A DNA stretch of 34,468 bases, from positions 1 through 34,468 of the forward strand of contig FLMG01001497.1 in NCBI GenBank assembly GCA_900088475.1. The letters run 5' to 3'. The position numbers and the translations under genes were made by a program. Shown here in pieces: positions 28,086-34,468 of the stretch. The stretch's first letter is position 1; the number at the start of each line of letters is the position of its first letter. The notes under the pieces were generated by a model. The model did no database searches, had not been told where the DNA came from, and saw only the letters and a list, made by a program, of their open reading frames with translations. The stretch comes from Hyphochytrium catenoides. Its lineage: Eukaryota; Protista; Hyphochytriomycota.

Positions 28086-29470
28086 CAAGAGGTTGATTGA
28101 TGGCATCGATCATACGAAGGATCTGGTGCATTATTGTGGAGAGATCTTGATGTGATAATTTTTTTAAGAGAGCCTGCTGACGACGAGTAGATCTACGTCT
28201 TCATAGGAGAGATAATAGAAGAGGAAGGAGGCGAAGAAGGGAAACAGTGAGGAGTACAATGATAAGAAGCTAGGCAATGTGGACTCGACTTGAATGGCTC
28301 TGTAAGAGTTAGTCTAACAAGACACGAGCTTCCTTGCCTTGGACAGGATGTGACCTTCTTGATGAACCATCATCATCACTGCCTAACAATCTCAAAGAGT
28401 CATGTCCTCGTAGTTCCCTGTACTTCCCACATTGACTGCTCCAGCATAGCTCTTGACGCTAGTCTCTGCCTTGCGGAAGAGCACCTAGTGGCCTCCTCGC
28501 CCTTTAGATCTTGTTGCGTGGTGGTGGCTTTCTTACCTCCTCCAGGTCGTAGGAAGGAAGTGATGAAATCATGTCGTGGGAGAACGGCGGCTCGTCCATC
28601 CTTGCGTCGTCATCATCTCCTTTCCTCGTCTTCTGCGAGTTCTTCTCCTCTCTTTATATTATTGGCTCTTCCTCCTTCCTTTTTTGTTGTTCTCTCGAAA
28701 TGTGACGACGAGGGCAGCAGCTGACTCTTGGCTGTTTGTCTGCTCTTCCTCTCATCAAATTGGACATCTCGGCGGTATTATTGAAGGCTCGTTCTCCTCG
28801 AGTCTTCAGGTCCGTTGTTCTTCCTGCTGGTATCTTTCTCCTCATCCTCCTCCTGCTGCCGCTTCTCTCCCTACTACTTCTACTACTGCTGCTGCTCCCA
28901 CTGCTACTGTTGCTGCTGCACCTGGACAGTCCTCCTCGGATGTCAAGGGGCAGACGAAGGTATTTCAATATTTTAGTGAGCCAAGTGTGCATGACATTTC
29001 ATGGTCCCGGCTTCTTATTATCATCATCTGCCTCTAGGGCTTCTTTAGATTTGCCAGGCTGCTGCACTCTCAAGACTTTATCCTAGCTTTCCACTTGTCC
29101 TATCGCGAAGGACTTACTCTCCAAGCGCCTCCTCTACGAGTAGCAGGGACATTTTTGGCAGGGCGGAACAGCAGCAGGAATCATCTTCTCGTTCCCGCTC
29201 CTGCTTCCCGCCACTCTTCAAGTTCCACTGCAGAAGGAAGGCAGGAAGCCACAGGAGAGCACCAACGTGCCACCATCATCGATACTCGCGCCACGTCTTC
29301 TATGGGATAAAGTATTAGAAGAACCGCTTGACAAACGGAAGAAGAAGAGGGATATTCCTCGAGGTGCAATTATCTTCACCCTTTTCAAGCAGGACTCAAA
29401 AGAAATACTCCGTAGAAAAACGAAGAACGAGACGGCTCTTTGCTTGGTCAAAGACAAGAGTGAGGATATT

Positions 29471-31159
29471 ATGACGAAGACTCCGCTAGCCACAGCCTTG
29501 TTGTCCAAGGAAGAGCCTGCTGTCAGCGACGGTGCCACAGAAGAGCCCATGGCCGCCGCAGAGATTGTCAAGAAGGAGAAGGTTGACTTAGAACTCTCAG
29601 GACTGCACTTCAAGTCCCAGCCAGCCACGGACTTCTACAGAGTCCAGCTCAGAACCTCATCGTCAGGGGAGCATGTCGCCCGAGCCACCATCTGGTTGGA
29701 GTGCAAGCGGACGAAGGTGCAGAGGTAAGGTGCAGATTGTGCCAGAAGGAAGTAGAAACGAAAAGTTGTAGCAGAGCTTAACGGCCCACGATCTTGATCT
29801 AATTCTTTCTTCTTCCTCCCCCTGACTTCTCTTTCTTTGGCTTTCCCCTTTGTCTAGTCCACACTTTCTTCTCGCACCACTACTCTCCCCTTCCTGCCTC
29901 CGATGCCCCCGCCTTCGCCAGCATCTCTTCTGGATGATCTCTTTTAACTCGTCACCTTCTTCTTCCACTCTACTTTGTCTTAGAGAGTGCCAGATCGAGG
30001 ACTTTAGAGACTACGCTCCTGCAGGAGTAGAGATACCCAGTGCCGTCATTATTGCTACGCTCAAGGTCAGAATACTAGTGCTGCAAGCTTTGACCTTCCA
30101 TTCCATCATCAGACACGTTCTTCTTTCTTCTTTTCCTCGGGTCAATTGTACCATTAGAAGCTCCCCTTCCCCATCATCAGCGAGAAGAGCCGCACCGACC
30201 ACCCTATCGCAGTCTTGGTTTATCTCTTCTATCCGCTTTCTTCTCGCCTTCTCTTCTAGTGGCTATTCTTCAATAAAGCACCTTGTCCCACAGTTATTTC
30301 ATTAACAATCTGACAGGAAGCTCTCCAAGCCAATGCTGCAACGGCTGCTAAGGAAAGAAAGGCGGACAAGCTTGATAATGATAGGATGGAGCATAATGAT
30401 GATGAACAAGGGAATCAAATCTCGCAGCCAAACAAGAAGAACAGGGAAATGAAGGGCATGGACGGTGATGGTGGTACCAACACGGTTGGGAGTTCTGGAC
30501 TCGATCTTGTCACCAGCGCTGACGACGGCTCTGTTTCTCTGAGGCTGGAGATCCAACTTCTTCCGTACTGGCGGCCTGTGTACGCCTTCCGAATGGTCCC
30601 GCTTGCTATTGAGCTCGTCGACATTCTTCAGGGGCAGATCCGAGACGTTCAGGAAGAGAACGCGGAGCTCAGGAGTGAGATGCTCTCACGCAGTCAAGAC
30701 ATTCAAGCGATGATGCTTCTTATTGAAACAGAGCGGGAAAAAAGAACGTCAGGTCCACCATATCTGTCCCTCTCCTCTTCAGCCACTGCCGCTGACAAGC
30801 AGAGTGTTGAGTGGACGGAGACTAGGCACATAAGCCCAGAATACTTCTCTCTCTCTGACAATAAGCCACAGACGGCGGTCACAATCCTTCGCTCGGGGCT
30901 GTATCAGATCCAGCTTCGGGTAGGCCAAATGAACTCTCAAGACGGACTCTCCCTAGAGCTCAATGTCGATGATGGCTGTGTGGCACGATGTTACCTTGCG
31001 GATGGCAAGGGGTGTCAGATGACGGCACACATTTCAGAGCTTCTGGAGCTGAAGGCTGAGTCTAAGCTCAGGGTAGTCTATCAGGGGAATACTAGGACTC
31101 ATGGCGATGTCCTGGCCACGAGTTTCAACATCCTCCTGCTGCACGAACACTCCGCATAA
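29471..31159 (+). CDS. Family copy C, intact uncharacterised protein of about 392 aa (exons 29471-29724, 29984-30065, 30317-31159): globular head, coiled coil, C1q/TNF-like beta-rich tail
   Basis: GT-AG introns in phases 2 and 0 give a continuous ORF. Heptad segment VDILQGQIRDVQEENAELRSEML. Tail YLSLSSS...VEW...YFSLS...VTILRSGLYQIQLRV...SELLELKAESKLRVVY...TSFNILLL. Confidence 0.85.
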
Positions 31160-31557
31160 GAGGAGAAGAGGGAAGCGATTGACAGAAAGAAGCAGGAGCA
31201 AGAGTATTGAATGAGGAAAAGAGGCAGGAGTAGCAGTATTCGGACGGAAGAGATGGTTATACATGATGATAATCGTCGTTAAGTCATTGTCATGACAACA
31301 TTCGAGCAAAATGCATTATAAGAATAGATAGAGTAGTATAAGCTGTCTGAGGCTTATCCTCTTCATCACTGTTAGGCACAGGCACAAGCGACTGGTGAAG
31401 CCAGATAAGCGAACTAAGTTGTCGGCTACTAAGAGGGCGTCTCTGTGGCGGGTATTCGATGTGACAGAGAAAGAGAGAGAAAGAGAAGAAAAGAAAAGAG
31501 AAAACAGAGGCGACAAGAGGACACTTGAGAAAGAAGAGGAAGGAAGGGACAAAGAAG

Positions 31558-32640
31558 TGACGCGGTTCAACGCTTTGTCCACCTTGCTGTCAGGCTTACC
31601 TAGCTGGCGCCAATCCACGTCCCACTATGCAAGCCTGTCAATGTTAGGCCCATCAGAGAATGTAGTGGCGCTGCACGACCTAGGGCCGCGAACCAATCCT
31701 GCTCCTTTCCTTGCTTGTAGGCCCCCGGGCCTAGGAGGGTGACCATGGCCCGACGAAGTGCAAGGCGAGCATCGTAAAGCCGGGTACCAGTGTCAGGTTC
31801 CACGCAGACGTGGTCATCGCACCAATAGAGAGAACTGAACTTCTCGCGGCCCGCCCACCGGCTGCAGGGGCCAGGATAGGGCGGAGGCGCCGTATGTCTG
31901 GCCGATGAGAGAAGCCGAGACGTTGTAAGACCCTGGAGAACCCGTCCAACCAAAAGGAGTATACAGGTCTATGACAAGGGCATTGTCCTCGGATGGGGAG
32001 GCAGCGAACTTGGCCACCCAGTCCGTAGGCAGAGGAATATGGCGGAATGCGCCGCTTACATCCGGGTAGCCATATACATATGTTTGCTGATCAATTTCCT
32101 AACTGGCGCAGACGACTAGCAATCGGGGCTGGTCCGTCGTACGTGGCCGGGGGAATGTGGGACCTATCAGTATAGTCATTGATGCTGGCGCCCGGAGGAT
32201 AGGAGAGGCCCGTGGATGACGCGAACTTTGCTCACATCAGAGCCTTTGGGGACTGCCCGGAGAGAGCGACAGTCAACTTCAGGCCACAACGCAAGCAAGT
32301 CTAGATCCACAATGAGAAGGCGTCCTTAATCCTGGGCTGAGAAGATGTACGCGGACAGAACCAAGACTTGCTGGAGGTCGAGACTGCTGGGGTATATGAG
32401 GGAAGAGAGCAGGCCGCAAACCGTTTTCCCACACGATTTGCTGCCAAGATCGGACACCGCCCCGCCAATGAATCTAAAATGAGCGCCTTGTTTGGGCGAG
32501 GATCGGCCGCGGATTGCTCCCACACCAGCCGCACAAGCTCCGGGAGCGAGCAGCCAGCTCGGGGGAAGGAAACGGGATACTGCCGCTTAAGTGCTACATT
32601 AATAGGGGCCATTGGCGCAGGCTAAGGTTCTGGAAGGTCT
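31558..32640 (-). mobile_element. Decayed reverse-transcriptase region of a DIRS/Ngaro-like (tyrosine-recombinase class) retrotransposon
   Basis: Ordered, frameshifted RT motifs on the minus strand: DPRPNKAL, AVPKG..RVIH.LSYPPGASINDYTD, DVSGAFRHIP (~32033-32062), VIDLYTPFGWTGSPGSY (~31930-31975), catalytic-like WCDDH (~31810-31825), WDV...PDSKVDKAL. No recombinase or RNase H seen, so the superfamily call is from motif style. Confidence 0.8.
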
Positions 32641-32886
32641 ATGTCTGTCGCCCTCAGACGGGCATGAAATGCTTGGTGCGCCTCTTGCCGGGCCTGGTTA
32701 AGGGCGAGGGACCGAGATGCGACGAAAGCCAGATAATTGTTATGCAGGCCTTCAATGAAGGACTGCATCTCGGTCCGACGCCATCAGGCGCAGGGCTCAC
32801 AGTGCCCTCCCATGTGCTCCTCTAACTAGTGTAACACTTCGCGGACAGCGGTGCTGGCGGCCCCACCGGCGCTTTCCGTCGTTATT

Positions 32887-33280
32887 GGACTTTTGGTACT
32901 GTTGTTGCTGCCACTGCCACAACTAGGTAGTGGCTGTTGCCGTTGAAGGGCCAGAAGGACCCCCTGCGACTGAAAGTGTAAGAGAGGTCCGACGCTAGTC
33001 AGTGAAAGTTCATCGCAAAACTGCTGGGCCGCGGCTACGAGAGAGTCGCTCCAACTCAAACTCTTCTCTTCCTCCTCCGTGCCCTGGCTGGATTGCCAGC
33101 TGGGAGTTTGAGTCGAAGCGACTCTCTCGTAGCCGCGGCCCAGCAGTTTTGCGATGAACTTTCACTGACTAGCGTCGGACCTCTCTTACACTTTCAGTCG
33201 CAGGGGGTCCTTCTGGCCCTTCAACGGCAACAGCCACTACCTGGTAGTGGCAGTGGCAGCAACAACAGTACCAAAAGTCC
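32887..33280. repeat. 177-bp inverted repeat (arms 32887-33063 and 33104-33280, 40-nt spacer, about 4 mismatches)
   Basis: Direct reverse-complement comparison; the same peptide SDSLVAAAQQFCDELSLTSVGPLLHFQSQG appears in ORFs on both strands. Confidence 0.95.
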
Positions 33281-33756
33281 GGCAGCAACACCAGAACATT
33301 TCCGGCCAGTCGACCCGTTGGACTACAGGGGCCGTCGGCAGCGCCTGCAAGGTGTGAATTTGGATGATCTCCGATCTTCAGTAGCTCGGTCAGCGCCTCC
33401 AGCCATCTCCAAATGCCTGGAGCTTTGGAATGCCTCAACAGCCTCCAGACTAGAAGCAAGCCAATTGCTCAAGGAGACCGCAGATCACCGGCAGGCTCTA
33501 CGTGGTACTCTACTCATGGCACCCAGGCTCGAAGACCTGCGCCTATCGGCGGGCGATCGCGTCCTAGAGGGAGCATTCCTCTGCGCTGCAGCATATGTGT
33601 AGTCAGATATGCCTTCCCTCTCCGTTGCCACTGTGTCTAGGTTCTGGGCAGGCGGCAAAGGTTGAGATTGATCGAGCAAATCTGAGACTAACACCGAGGT
33701 CAGCAGCCCTATCCTCTAACCGCGCCAGGAAAACTCAATATCCCCCGGATATTTCA

Positions 33757-34204
33757 CCTTGCCTCTCCTCTCCAGCCACCGCTTCCAACGAGGAACGTAT
33801 CGCCTGGACAAGTACCAGGCAGTAGTAGGCATATAGTTCCAGAGTATTTTGTGCTACCTGCTAAGGAAAAGCTGCAGCCCGCAGTGACCATCCTTCGCTC
33901 AGGACTGTAGGTCCAACTTCTTGGCGGTAAGCGGAACTCGTCGAAGGGACAAAAGAGTATCACTCTCTTTGTCGACGCTGAGTGTGTGGGGCAGTGTGAG
34001 TTTGACGATGGCAGCCGAGAGACAAGCACCACGCGGGACATTTGTCAGCTTCTGGATGTTAAGTCTGAAGCTCAGCTGGTCGCACCTTACCAAGGGAACC
34101 AGTTCGCTTATACTTCTACTAAGGACGAGCAGCCCGCAACCCAGTCTCTACTATCTGCTTCTTCACCAGGATCCTGTGGAGGAGAAGGAGTAGAGTTTAG
34201 ATAG
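33757..34204 (+). pseudogene. Family copy D, 5'-truncated pseudogene (tail domain only); duplicate of copy B, with homology extending through the 3' flank to the window end (33757-34468 ~ 25071-25766)
   Basis: Near-colinear with copy B (TTCCAACGARGAACGTATC, GACATTTGTCAGCTTCTGGATGT, GTGGACAATCAAAGATGTTATCGGCAAACAACGAGTCATAAGCAG); in-frame stops and indels. Confidence 0.88.
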
Positions 34205-34468
34205 AAATAATCTGGAGGAGGAAAGGAGTACCTGAGGAAGAAGAGATTGACTGAATGGTAGAGGCGGGAGAATGATGATGAGAAGACAAGTGGACAATCA
34301 AAGATGTTATCGGCAAACAACGAGTCATAAGCAGATCAGTCTCAGCTTCTTGAGGAATCATGAGAAGATGAGTCCGTTCTCACATGTTGAGACCAGACAA
34401 TTAACAGAAGAGTTACATGACTGCCGCCGCCTATGATTGACGTCCGCCCTCAGTTGCTCCGTTGTAGG

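Overview
Eukaryotic genomic DNA with spliceosomal GT-AG introns and many (GA/TC)n tracts. The histone sequences look stramenopile-like (inference). Left half: the 3' end of an acidic-tailed gene, then a complete histone set: an intron-containing H1, a divergent H2A/H2B pair and a divergent H3/H4 pair. A 4-exon MoaA/MOCS1A (GTP 3',8-cyclase) gene sits between H1 and H2A, and a 2-exon RING-H2 gene follows H4. All four core histone genes carry the same 3' stem-loop, GGTGTT-TNTN-AACACC-ACC. Each is followed at near-constant spacing by a purine-rich C(A/G/C)AAGA(A/G)..TAT box resembling the animal histone downstream element read by U7 snRNA; this is the most striking signal in the window. The histone promoters contain inverted TTTGAA pairs and CCAAT boxes. 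Right half: a birth-and-death array of four copies of an uncharacterised 3-exon gene (globular head, coiled coil, C1q/TNF-like tail; one intact, one singly frameshifted, two decayed). It also holds a sterol-reductase relic, a decayed DIRS/Ngaro-like retroelement RT and a 177-bp, ~98% identical fold-back inverted repeat. Three short N-gaps interrupt the assembly. All gene models were spliced by eye and no database searches were run.
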